This document shows, in pieces, positions 40,057 through 49,052 of a DNA stretch of 62,302 nucleotides. The translations under genes were made by a program, and so were the position numbers. The DNA is from Cellulomonas sp. (GTDB lineage Bacteria; Actinomycetota; Actinomycetes; Actinomycetales; Cellulomonadaceae), in the NCBI GenBank assembly GCA_031556715.1, contig JAVBSR010000089.1, positions 1 to 62,302 of the forward strand, read 5' to 3'. Position 1 is the stretch's first letter, and every line of letters begins with the position of its first letter. Below the pieces are notes generated by a model. That model was not told the origin of the DNA and made no database searches. It saw nothing but the letters and a program-made list of their open reading frames with translations.

Positions 40057-40194
40057 GAGATGCGCAATAACGGATCAGGCAGATGGGGAGGAGTAAATGC
40101 TCAGGTCGCAAGTGGAAGGGCGCTTGCTTGCATTATTCGTCGTGGTTGGTCGGCTCGATAACGAGTGAGATCAGTGAAGATCGGGAGGCTTCAG

Positions 40195-40800
40195 ATGAAT
40201 GTTCGACGTGCAGTCGCTGGCGGAACTATTGTAGCGGCTGTTCTTGCGGTTGCCGTCGTACTGGCGCGCACAGCGCTCATCGAGGATGGTGCGGATATGG
40301 CGCCGAGCCCGGAGTCGACCTACGAGCGCTCCGATTCGCGGGCCCAGAATGTTGCCGACGCGATGACAGCCTTCATCGCATACATGAGGGTGAGCGATGA
40401 GGTAGCCCAGAACCACTTCAGCAACTGGGAGGAAAAAGTCAAACCGCTGACCAGTGGTGAGGTCCAGGAATGGCACGAAGACTACGACGCCCAGGCCGAG
40501 GCGGAGCACTACAACCAGGTTGGTGAGCGGGTCGTTGAGAGCATCCATCTGAAACCAGGTAGGTACCGAGTGGATGCCGACGGGCTTGGGCGAGCAGACC
40601 TGGGGGCGTGCATCGACAACACCGAACTACAGGTGGCCGCACCCGGTAGTCAAGACGACGGTCTACCGCCCGGCAGATATTCCGTGTCGGTGATGATGGT
40701 GCTCTGGCCGGACGGGTGGAAAGTCAGCCAGTACTCCATTGATGATCCACAGTTGTCAGAAACTGGAATGTTGTCGTGCAGAACCGAAGGGTCGGAGTAA
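40195..40800 (+). CDS. Divergent family A-like protein (A4), TM-anchored, no lipobox
   Basis: GGAGG RBS; YNQVGER.V, ACIDNT, WKVS and a near-terminal Cys match the A-family layout. Confidence 0.65.
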   Translation: MNVRRAVAGGTIVAAVLAVAVVLARTALIEDGADMAPSPESTYERSDSRAQNVADAMTAFIAYMRVSDEVAQNHFSNWEEKVKPLTSGEVQEWHEDYDAQAEAEHYNQVGERVVESIHLKPGRYRVDADGLGRADLGACIDNTELQVAAPGSQDDGLPPGRYSVSVMMVLWPDGWKVSQYSIDDPQLSETGMLSCRTEGSE

Positions 40801-40875
40801 TGTCGAGAGCACCTGCTACGACAAAACTATCCGGTATGCGCGCGACGAAAGACGAGTCGATTTCGTGAAAAGGAG

Positions 40876-42582
40876 GTGATCGACGTGACGTGGCGGGATG
40901 AGCTCGAGACTTTGGTGGTGTTGTTGCGGCTGTCAGCCGTCGATGCCTACATGCGCAACCGGGGCTCCATGAAGGAGGAGTGGAATAATCGTGGTGATTT
41001 CTATGTAGAGGACCGGACGTCACTGCCTGCCGCCGGTAGGTCGAAACTATGTGCGCGCCCCAATGGGCAGGGATACGGTGGAGGTGAACTTTACGAGCAG
41101 CCCAGCGAAAGGATCATCGGGTCTGACCGGTACGTCGTGAAGTTTGAAGAGATTCAGTCTCGGATAGATAGAATAATGGAGCCGTGGTACCACCTGCCGG
41201 ACCCGGTGCTGATAGCTGAGGCTGCGACAGCCTACGGCGGCGTGCTCGAGGATCTGTCCCTCGGGGTAAACGAGCGCATCACGGGCAGAGGTTCGCTGGT
41301 GCCGAATATGACGCGCATTTGGGACGAGTTGATCGGTCATGACGGTGAGGGCCACTACATGCCTGCATTGGCAGGCGGCGCCATAGACGCTTTCAAGGAA
41401 TATGTCAAGAACCTAGACTGCGCGATAGGAGGTTGCGCAGGCATTGCGAGATCGCTTGCAGAGTATGTAACGGCGCAGCAAAAACTCTGGAAATCGGTTA
41501 GTCAAAATGTCGCGAGTCTCGTATCTCAGGTGATTGCAGCCTGCGTAGCAGTGGCAAATTCTGAGGGCCACGGTACGGGCATCGGCCTTGAGGAGACCGG
41601 GCTCGTTCTCGGCATCGCCAGCGCTGCCCCGGGCCCGGTGGGCAAAGCGGCTACTGCTGCGGGAGTTGTCCTGACGCTAGGTGCCGCTATAGACAAAAGT
41701 GATGTGCGGCAAGATGTTAAGATCGATAGTTGCGATAGCGCGATCGATGCCCTCGACAAGCTGCTGAATACTTCCTTCTACAGCCTCAGCGTGAATGAAA
41801 TGATCAGGACCTTCGAGCGCTCGACCCGTGAGGCTGTCACCACAAGCATACGGGAGGTTGATCTGCAGCGTGATCTGTTCGATCTGGTGCCTCACATTAT
41901 CGACTCGGTAGACGGTGTGATCCGTTACGACAAAAGGAAGGCCGACAACATCGTCGAAAGGTTGGATTCGATCGGCGTAGAGCTCGGTAATACCGCTAGC
42001 CTCATTTCGAACTGCGTGGCAGGGCTTCAGCCGCCGTTGGGTCCGCAGATTAGAAGGAGCAGTGTATTAGAGCGTGACTATTCGATCGGAGTGGGACGCA
42101 CGGGGCCGTCCGATGAGATCATTGCGCTCACAGATCTGCTAAATATGCTATTGGTTGAACTGTCTGAAGAGGTGTCTGCCGGTGCTGAGAACCTGAGATC
42201 GGCAATGGCAGCGCTGGATGGGTTCAACTCTCAAGGTGCGGCATCCTTGGCGGCGGCGGCCGAGACGTATGCCCTGAGCGACCGAGGAGGTATCGACTCC
42301 TTTGACTTTCACCCGTGGACGCCTGTCGGCCAGGCTGAAGTTCGTAGACGGAGCAGGTTGGACGATGTACTCGGACTCTCTAGCGGATCCTCGAACGGCG
42401 CCGGGGCCGCAGACGCGGCGCCGCAGGCCAATGCCGCGATGATCGACTGGAGCTTGATGGGGGGCCGAGCGCTGGATGATGTGTTCTCGTCGACAGCCCA
42501 GTCGTGGTGTGCCATGGACCCGGACGACCGTCTGGATGACGGCGAGGTGGTCATCCGACAACAGCCGGAGAAGCCTCGATGA
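40876..42582 (+). CDS. Cassette family C helical protein (C3), WXG100/LXG-like
   Basis: AGGAGG RBS (start 40876 or 40885); LSAVDAYM, WYHLPDP, LAGGAIDAF, IGVGRTGP. Confidence 0.7.
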   Translation: MIDVTWRDELETLVVLLRLSAVDAYMRNRGSMKEEWNNRGDFYVEDRTSLPAAGRSKLCARPNGQGYGGGELYEQPSERIIGSDRYVVKFEEIQSRIDRIMEPWYHLPDPVLIAEAATAYGGVLEDLSLGVNERITGRGSLVPNMTRIWDELIGHDGEGHYMPALAGGAIDAFKEYVKNLDCAIGGCAGIARSLAEYVTAQQKLWKSVSQNVASLVSQVIAACVAVANSEGHGTGIGLEETGLVLGIASAAPGPVGKAATAAGVVLTLGAAIDKSDVRQDVKIDSCDSAIDALDKLLNTSFYSLSVNEMIRTFERSTREAVTTSIREVDLQRDLFDLVPHIIDSVDGVIRYDKRKADNIVERLDSIGVELGNTASLISNCVAGLQPPLGPQIRRSSVLERDYSIGVGRTGPSDEIIALTDLLNMLLVELSEEVSAGAENLRSAMAALDGFNSQGAASLAAAAETYALSDRGGIDSFDFHPWTPVGQAEVRRRSRLDDVLGLSSGSSNGAGAADAAPQANAAMIDWSLMGGRALDDVFSSTAQSWCAMDPDDRLDDGEVVIRQQPEKPR

Positions 42583-42784
42583 TACTCCCAGCCATGTCTT
42601 GGCAGCAGGTGCGCTTGTCGCGAAAGTATTGGCCGTGGCACTGGGGCAGCCTTGCCCGCGTTGCTGCCATTTTTTTTGTCGGATGGTGGGACGGATGTTG
42701 TAGCACCGGTGTATTGAAGAACGCTCGGACCGTGCTGTGTGGGCTGCAGGGTACAGGGAACTGAAGTAAAGAAGGGATGGAGAG

Positions 42785-45700
42785 ATGATTCGAGCGCGGT
42801 TGGTAGGGCTGGGGTCGTTTGTGCTGCTGGTGGCCATAGTCGTGGGTGTGCCGGTGCTGTTGTGGACGGTCGCGGGCAGCCCGGTTCCTTCCGAGCTGCC
42901 GTCGCTCGACGAGGTTCGCACAGTGCTGACCAGCCCCGACGACGGATCAGTGCTGCTCGGGGCGGTGCGCATCCTGGCGTGGATCGCATGGGCGGTGCTG
43001 AGCCTGAGTGTTGTGCTCGAGGCGGCGGCGCGGCTACGCGGCACGCGTACTCCCCGGTTGCCGGGGCTGCGTTGGCCCCAGGTGGCAGCTCGCCAGCTGG
43101 TCGCGGCTGCGGCGCTGCTGTTCATTGTGGGAGTTCCAGCGGTGGTGTCGGTAGCAGGTCCGGCCCAGGCTGCGCCGCCGCCAGTGACGGCAACCGCGAC
43201 GGTCGAGGCGTCGGTCACGATGGCACCCGTTCCGATGCAGGTTGCGGCACCAGATCGGGTGGATGCGTCTGTCGTGTACACCGTCGTGGACGGAGACAGC
43301 CTCTGGAAGATCGCCGAATCGCAGCTGGGGGACGCGCACCGGTGGCAAGAGGTGTACCAGCTCAACGTCGGTGTGATCCAGGCCGACGGGTATGCGCTGG
43401 ATGACGCCGGGTGGGTCGAACCCGGCTGGCAGCTGGTTATGCCCACGGACGCGCAAGCCCCGTCTGCTGGTGTGGAGCACGTCTACACAGTGCAGCCTGG
43501 CGATACGTTGTCGCAGATCGCGGCAGACGAGCTGGGGGATGCGGGTCGGTATCCAGAGATCTTCGAAGCGTCGACCAGCGTCGTGCAACCTGACGGTCAG
43601 CACCTCGCCGATCCGGACCTGATCCATCCTGGGTGGCAGATGACGATCCCCGGGACGGTCGAAGCCGGTGCTCCCGAGGTCAGTCTGACGGAGGTTCCGC
43701 AGCTCGCACCGGGCAACCCGGCCGACAGCCTGTCGGCGCCCGAGGCGGCGTCGGCGCAGTCAGGAGCACCCGAGCTTGAGGCCGCTCAGCTCGACGACGC
43801 AGCGGCATCAGTCGCGGCCGACGCGACCGGCCCGGAGACCCAGAAAACTGACAGGTCCGCCCTGGAGGAGAGCGCTGTCGAGGCGGGGCAGAACACGGTC
43901 CCGGAGCGGGCAGGTTCGGGTGGGTCGCAGTCCGACGGTGCGCGAGAGCAGTCTGGTGTGCGGGGGTCCGGTGTGGGGGAGTGGGCGCCGTGGGTGCTGG
44001 GGGGATTGGCGGGTGCTGGTGGGGTGCTGGCAGGGTCGTTGTGGTTGGCGTTGCGGGCGCGGCGGCGGGCGCAGTGGCGGCATCGGTTGCCTGGTCGGAT
44101 GTTGGCGGTGCCGGGGCCGTTGCTGGCGCCGGTAGAAAAGACGGTGGTGGCGGTCGGTCCGGGGACGGCTGAGACGGTGGAGTTCTTGGACGGGGTGCTG
44201 CGGCGGTTGGGTGCGGTGGTGGCTGTCGGTGGGGGGGCGATGCCGGACCTGGTGGCGGTGGAGCTGACAGGGGAGCACGTGGTGCTGCACCTGGGTGGGC
44301 CGTGGGAGCTGGGTGTGCCGTGGGAGGGGTTCGACGGTGGTCATCGGTGGCGGGTGCCGGTGGGGGTGGATCTGGACCTGGTGGGTCCGGCGGGGGATCA
44401 TCCGGCGCCGTACCCGTTGCTGGTGACGGTGGGGACCAGTGACGAGGGTGGGGTGTGGTTGTTCAACCTGGAGGACCTGGCGGTGACACTGACCGGGGAT
44501 CTGGAGCGGGCGCGGGACTTCGGGCGGTATCTGGTGGCGGAGATCGCGTGCTCGCCGTGGGCTGCGTGGACGCGGGTGGAGTGTGTGGGTCTGGGGGCCG
44601 AGCTGGTGGGGTTGAACCCGGACAGGATCCGGTACCACCATCCTGGTGATGGTGGCGACCCGGTCGGTGACGCCCTGGCCGGGGCCATGACCACCGTCGG
44701 TCGTGCCACCGCCGCAGGGGCTGACGTCGTCACCGCCCGGTCCGTGGGGGCCGGCATGGAGTCGTGGTCACCGCTCGTGCTGATGGTGGATGCCACCAGC
44801 GACGACCCGGCGCTGGACCCCCTGCTGGACATCGTGAGCAACCATGCAGGCCAGACCGGCACGTCCGTGGTCGTGGCCGGGTCTCGGCCCGGAAGCGGAG
44901 GGGTGCAGATCGTGATCGGCGACGACGGTCGCGTCCGGTTGCCAGAGGTGGGTCTGGACCTGGCAGCGGTCGGGCTGGACATCACCGAGGCCGCTGGTTG
45001 TGCCGGTCTGGTCGCTCACGCCGACCTGGCTGTAGACCCGGTGTCGGTCCCGTACGACGACACCGCAGACACAGGCTGGCAGGCGTGGTCGGACGCGGCC
45101 GGGGCCTTGCGCCCGCAGTACACCGTGCCCCGTACGGACACCTGGTACGACCCGCAGGCAGCCTCCAGCGTGCTGCCGTCCGCTGACGAGGTATACCTCG
45201 ACGCTGCTGCGACCACCCCGGATGACCTGGCGGCCCTGGCGCCTCGGGTGCCGGTCGAGGTCCGCGACCAGGTCCAGGCGGCCGACCCGGGCCTGGACTC
45301 CGACCTGGCCGCCTGGTACTCCGGTACACCTCGGCCCAGGGTGCGGCTGCTCGGCCCCGTCCAGGTCGCAGCCACCGGAACCCCACCCACGCGGCGCGGA
45401 GCGTTCTTCACCGAGCTGGTGGCCTACCTCGCGCTGCACCCGCAGGGTGTGACACCCGCCCAGGTCGCAGAAGCACTGGGCATCGGCCGCAACAAGGCCC
45501 GCGAATACCTGCGGACCGTGCGAGCCTGGTTGGGCGTCGACCCGCACACCGGTCAGCCGTACCTGCCGGAGACCGACGACGACCGAGCCCGCCAGCTTCA
45601 CGCCCTGGTCGACCTGGACCTGTTCCGTCGGTTGCGGGTCCGTGGTCAGGCCCGCGGGGCCGACGGCACCGACGACCTGCTGGCCGCGCTGTACCTGGTC

Positions 45701-46084
45701 GCCGGGCGTCCCTTCGACGACCCGGCCGCCTGGCGGCCGGGCGGCTGGGCCTGGCTCGTCGAAGACCGCACCGACGAGACCGCGATGGTCGCCGTCATCG
45801 ACACCGCCCACACCGTGGTCACCCACGCCCTGGCCACCGGCGACCTGGTCATGGCCCGCCAAGCAGCCGAGACAGCCCAACGCGCCGACCCCTACGACGA
45901 GATCATCCGCCTAGACCTGGCCGCCGTCGCCTCCGCCGAAGGCCGCTACGCCGAAGCCGCCCGCATCGTCACCGACGACATCGGCAACCGCACCGACGAC
46001 GGACACGCCCCACCCGACCTCTCCCACCGCACCCAAGAAATCATCACCGCCCACCCCGACTGGCACACCACACGAGCATCATGA
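42785..46084 (+). CDS. Membrane protein: N-terminal TMs, two LysM domains, TM, degenerate ATPase-like domain, C-terminal wHTH/BTAD
   Basis: YTVVDGDSLWKIA and YTVQPGDTLSQIA...DPDLIHPGWQ (LysM); RVRLLGPVQV, ELVAYLALHP, LVAGRPF, DPYDE (SARP/BTAD-like). Confidence 0.85.
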   Translation: MIRARLVGLGSFVLLVAIVVGVPVLLWTVAGSPVPSELPSLDEVRTVLTSPDDGSVLLGAVRILAWIAWAVLSLSVVLEAAARLRGTRTPRLPGLRWPQVAARQLVAAAALLFIVGVPAVVSVAGPAQAAPPPVTATATVEASVTMAPVPMQVAAPDRVDASVVYTVVDGDSLWKIAESQLGDAHRWQEVYQLNVGVIQADGYALDDAGWVEPGWQLVMPTDAQAPSAGVEHVYTVQPGDTLSQIAADELGDAGRYPEIFEASTSVVQPDGQHLADPDLIHPGWQMTIPGTVEAGAPEVSLTEVPQLAPGNPADSLSAPEAASAQSGAPELEAAQLDDAAASVAADATGPETQKTDRSALEESAVEAGQNTVPERAGSGGSQSDGAREQSGVRGSGVGEWAPWVLGGLAGAGGVLAGSLWLALRARRRAQWRHRLPGRMLAVPGPLLAPVEKTVVAVGPGTAETVEFLDGVLRRLGAVVAVGGGAMPDLVAVELTGEHVVLHLGGPWELGVPWEGFDGGHRWRVPVGVDLDLVGPAGDHPAPYPLLVTVGTSDEGGVWLFNLEDLAVTLTGDLERARDFGRYLVAEIACSPWAAWTRVECVGLGAELVGLNPDRIRYHHPGDGGDPVGDALAGAMTTVGRATAAGADVVTARSVGAGMESWSPLVLMVDATSDDPALDPLLDIVSNHAGQTGTSVVVAGSRPGSGGVQIVIGDDGRVRLPEVGLDLAAVGLDITEAAGCAGLVAHADLAVDPVSVPYDDTADTGWQAWSDAAGALRPQYTVPRTDTWYDPQAASSVLPSADEVYLDAAATTPDDLAALAPRVPVEVRDQVQAADPGLDSDLAAWYSGTPRPRVRLLGPVQVAATGTPPTRRGAFFTELVAYLALHPQGVTPAQVAEALGIGRNKAREYLRTVRAWLGVDPHTGQPYLPETDDDRARQLHALVDLDLFRRLRVRGQARGADGTDDLLAALYLVAGRPFDDPAAWRPGGWAWLVEDRTDETAMVAVIDTAHTVVTHALATGDLVMARQAAETAQRADPYDEIIRLDLAAVASAEGRYAEAARIVTDDIGNRTDDGHAPPDLSHRTQEIITAHPDWHTTRAS

Positions 46085-46427
46085 CCAGACGAAGAGACGT
46101 TCTCGACAAAGGAGTAGCGCTGGGCGGCACCATCATCGACAGTCGGATCGGCATCCGGTACGGGCGCCGCGACCAGATAAGGAGGCTTGGCTCGCCAAGA
46201 AAGCAGCATTGATTGTGGCCGCAAGGGGTTCGTGGCGGCACGAGGGTTTAGATCGCAACTGAGCAGGGGGATAAGTGATGGTCGACAGGACACGTCTCTT
46301 CGGAGCCGTGATGACCAGCAGGCTGGTCCGGAAGAGGCAGGCCGTTCATTCTGACCGTGCGGGTGGCCGCGGAAGAGTTGGCCCTGCCGGGCAGGCAGCC
46401 GGAACGGGCCCCGGCAAGGCCGCAGGG

Positions 46428-46982
46428 ATGCTGCGGGTATCCCTGTGCGTGCTGCTGTGTGTCGCCCTGGCGGCGTTGTCCACGACGGCATGTACAGCCG
46501 ACCCGGACCCCGACTCCACGCCGGATGCTGCGGATTCTTGGACCGACGCCGACGAGGCTCGAGCCGTTCAGGAGGCCGAACAAGCCATACACGCGTACTG
46601 GCACGTGAGCACCGGGTGCCTCGCCGACCCGCCGAGTTCCGACCCGTCCTGCTTCGACGAGGTGTCGTACGGCGCCAAGCTGGAAGCCGACACGACCGCC
46701 CTGCGTATCGCGCAGGAGGACGGTCTCCGCTACGTCGGAGAGCCGACCTACCAGTCGACAGAAAAAGTGGAGGGCGTCGAGCTGTCCGGCGGTCAGGACA
46801 AGGAGGTCCGCCTGTCGGGATGCTGGAGCATCGACGGCTACGACATCGTCAGGCCCGACGGCACGTCGGTCATCCCGGCCGACGTGCCGCGGCGCACTCG
46901 CAGCATCTTCGTCGTGCGCCAGCACGAAGGAGCGTGGCGGGTGGCGGATATGTTCTTCGACCCGAAAGGGGTGGAATGTTGA
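46428..46982 (+). CDS. Cassette family A lipoprotein (A3)
   Basis: Lipobox LSTTAC; GCLADPPSSDPSCFDEV; terminal Cys. Start uncertain (46275-46428). Confidence 0.78.
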   Translation: MLRVSLCVLLCVALAALSTTACTADPDPDSTPDAADSWTDADEARAVQEAEQAIHAYWHVSTGCLADPPSSDPSCFDEVSYGAKLEADTTALRIAQEDGLRYVGEPTYQSTEKVEGVELSGGQDKEVRLSGCWSIDGYDIVRPDGTSVIPADVPRRTRSIFVVRQHEGAWRVADMFFDPKGVEC

Positions 46983-47797
46983 ACCGGTCGTGGGGGGCAG
47001 CCGTCGCAGCGTTCGTCGTCGTCGGAACCGTCGTTCTCGGCAGCGCGGAATCGGTATCGGCCAGCATTGCCGGGCCTCAGGCCGCCGGTACCGGCGAACC
47101 GTCAGGGGAGCGCCGCTACAACAGCGGAACCGGGCAGTACACCGGGACGCTCTCGGCCTCCGACGATCCTGGCTGGTCTCGTGGTTCGGAGGTCGAGGTG
47201 ACCAGGGACGAGCTCCTGCGGTGGGCGCGGATCCGGGAGCGGTGCATCAAGATCTCCGCCCATCGGGACTACTCGGGTGACCTGACGTTCGGGCAGGATT
47301 TCTACGACGCGAACTGTGTCGCTCGGGTTGACGACCCGGCAGCGGCCGTGCGTGACGTGGTGGCGGCCATGGACCTGCGGTCTCCGAATGTCGTCCTGAC
47401 GGCCGTGCCAGGTTGGGACCCGACCAGTCTGGTCAGCATCGACTCGTGGATGTGGGTGCAGAACCAGGAGATCTTCGAGGTGGTGACCGACACCGCCACC
47501 GTCGATCCCTGGACGATCAGCGTGTCGGGCCGGGTGGAGTGGATCGACTGGGACATGGGCGACGGTCAGGTCGTGCGCTGCACCGGTCCGGGCAAGGCGC
47601 TGGTCGTCAGTCGCCGTGAACCGTCGTCAGACTGCGCGCATGCGTACACCGAACCAGGCCAGTACCTGGTGCACGCGACCGCCCACTGGGTGGTCCAGTG
47701 GTCTGCCGGGGGGCAGTCCGGGACGGTGGTCACGGACCAGACCTCGACGGTGCCGTTCACGGTCGGAGATCGGCAGGTTCTGCGCGAGCGGCGGTGA
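46976..47797 (+). CDS. Cassette family B secreted protein (B3)
   Basis: MLNR signal peptide; WDMGDGQVVRCTGPG, SDCAHAY, ATAHW. Confidence 0.8.
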   Translation: MLNRSWGAAVAAFVVVGTVVLGSAESVSASIAGPQAAGTGEPSGERRYNSGTGQYTGTLSASDDPGWSRGSEVEVTRDELLRWARIRERCIKISAHRDYSGDLTFGQDFYDANCVARVDDPAAAVRDVVAAMDLRSPNVVLTAVPGWDPTSLVSIDSWMWVQNQEIFEVVTDTATVDPWTISVSGRVEWIDWDMGDGQVVRCTGPGKALVVSRREPSSDCAHAYTEPGQYLVHATAHWVVQWSAGGQSGTVVTDQTSTVPFTVGDRQVLRERR

Positions 47798-47839
47798 CGA
47801 CCGGTGGGTTCGGCGCGAGCGGCGGTGACGACCGGTGGG
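47782..47839. repeat. Exact 27-nt direct repeat spanning the B3 stop codon
   Basis: GCGCGAGCGGCGGTGACGACCGGTGGG at 47782 and 47813. Confidence 0.9.
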
Positions 47840-47989
47840 CCTCGGCGGTTCCGCCGGCCGGTCTTCCCAGGGCCGACACCCGTGCCGTTCACGGGCCGTT
47901 CGCCCCTTGACCCGCTGGTTCGACCTCGGAGTCTGCATACGGACGACGCGCCCGGGGCGCTCCAGGCGTGACGGGACTAGGTTGGACGT

Positions 47990-48997
47990 ATGGCTCGCAC
48001 CGAAGATCCCCGCACCGCTCCGCCCCTGCGCTGGGGCATCATCGGCACCGGCGGCATCGCAGCGCACTTCGCCGACGCCGTGCGGCGGCACACCCGCGCC
48101 CAGGTGGTCGCGGTGGGCTCACGCAAGCGCGACCGGGCCGAGCGGTTCGCCACCGCGAACCGGGTACCGACGGCGCACACGTCGTACCGGGCGCTGGTCG
48201 AAGACCGGCAGGTCGACGTGGTGTACGTGGCCACACCGCACTCGGAGCACCGCGAGCACGCCCTGCTGGCCCTGGCCGCGGGCAAGCCCGTGCTGGTGGA
48301 GAAGTCGTTCACCCGCAACGCGGCCGAGGCGCGAGAGGTGTTCGCCGCCGCCGAGGCCGCCGGGCTGTTCGTCATGGAGGCGATGTGGACCCGGTTCCTG
48401 CCGCACGTCGCCGCGCTGCACCAGATCATCGAGGCCGGGGAGATCGGCGAGATCGTCAACCTGCGCGCCGACCACGGCCAGCACTTCGGCTACGACCCGG
48501 CGCACCGGCTGTACGACCCGGCCCTGGCCGGTGGTGCCCTGCTGGACCTCGGCGTCTACCCGGTGGCCTGGGCGCACGACCTGCTCGGGGTGCCGACGGC
48601 GGTCCACGCCGTCGGCCAGATGGCCCAGACCGGGGTGGACGGGCAGGTGTCGATCATCACGCAGTACGGTCCGTGCCAGCTGGCCAGCCTGTTCACCACG
48701 CTGTGGGCCAAGACGCCGACCACGTCGTCGATCTCCGGCACCGAGGGGCACGTCCGTGTCGCTGGCGACTTCTACCGGCCGACGTCGTTCACCGTCACCC
48801 GTCGTGACGGGCGGATCTGGACCTTCTCCCAGCCGGTCGACCAGGGCCTGCAGTACGAAGCGGCGGAGGTCGCCCGGTGCGTCGCCGACGGCCGCACCGC
48901 CTCGGACCGGATGACCTGGCAAGACACCCTCGACGTGCTGACCACCATGGACGAGGTGCGCCGCCAGGTCGGTGTGGTCTACCCCGGCGAGGGATAG
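47990..48997 (+). CDS. Gfo/Idh/MocA family oxidoreductase
   Basis: WGIIGTGGIA, YVATPHSEH, LVEKSF, MEAMWTRF, GGALLDLGVY. Confidence 0.93.
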   Translation: MARTEDPRTAPPLRWGIIGTGGIAAHFADAVRRHTRAQVVAVGSRKRDRAERFATANRVPTAHTSYRALVEDRQVDVVYVATPHSEHREHALLALAAGKPVLVEKSFTRNAAEAREVFAAAEAAGLFVMEAMWTRFLPHVAALHQIIEAGEIGEIVNLRADHGQHFGYDPAHRLYDPALAGGALLDLGVYPVAWAHDLLGVPTAVHAVGQMAQTGVDGQVSIITQYGPCQLASLFTTLWAKTPTTSSISGTEGHVRVAGDFYRPTSFTVTRRDGRIWTFSQPVDQGLQYEAAEVARCVADGRTASDRMTWQDTLDVLTTMDEVRRQVGVVYPGEG

Positions 48998-49052
48998 GCG
49001 GGAACAATCCGGCCGCGACGGTCGTCTAACCTGCGGGTGAGAGGAGCCGTCG

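Larger units (their letters stand above)
20390..47797 (+). other. Tad/Flp pilus island with polymorphic cassettes (no integrase or transposase seen)
   Basis: Interrupts the usual actinobacterial topA...tmk-holB order. All genes are on the + strand. Low-GC blocks are present (one sampled line, 41401-41460, is 32/60 GC, visibly below the flanks). Confidence 0.8.

Noticed and set aside
25688-47797. Diversity-generating retroelement explanation for B/D variation
   Set aside because: No reverse transcriptase in the window; differences between copies include indels and are not adenine-specific.
20390-47797. Complete type VII secretion system or conjugative element
   Set aside because: No EccB/EccD, active FtsK ATPase, small ESAT-6-like gene, relaxase, VirB4 or coupling protein recognised.
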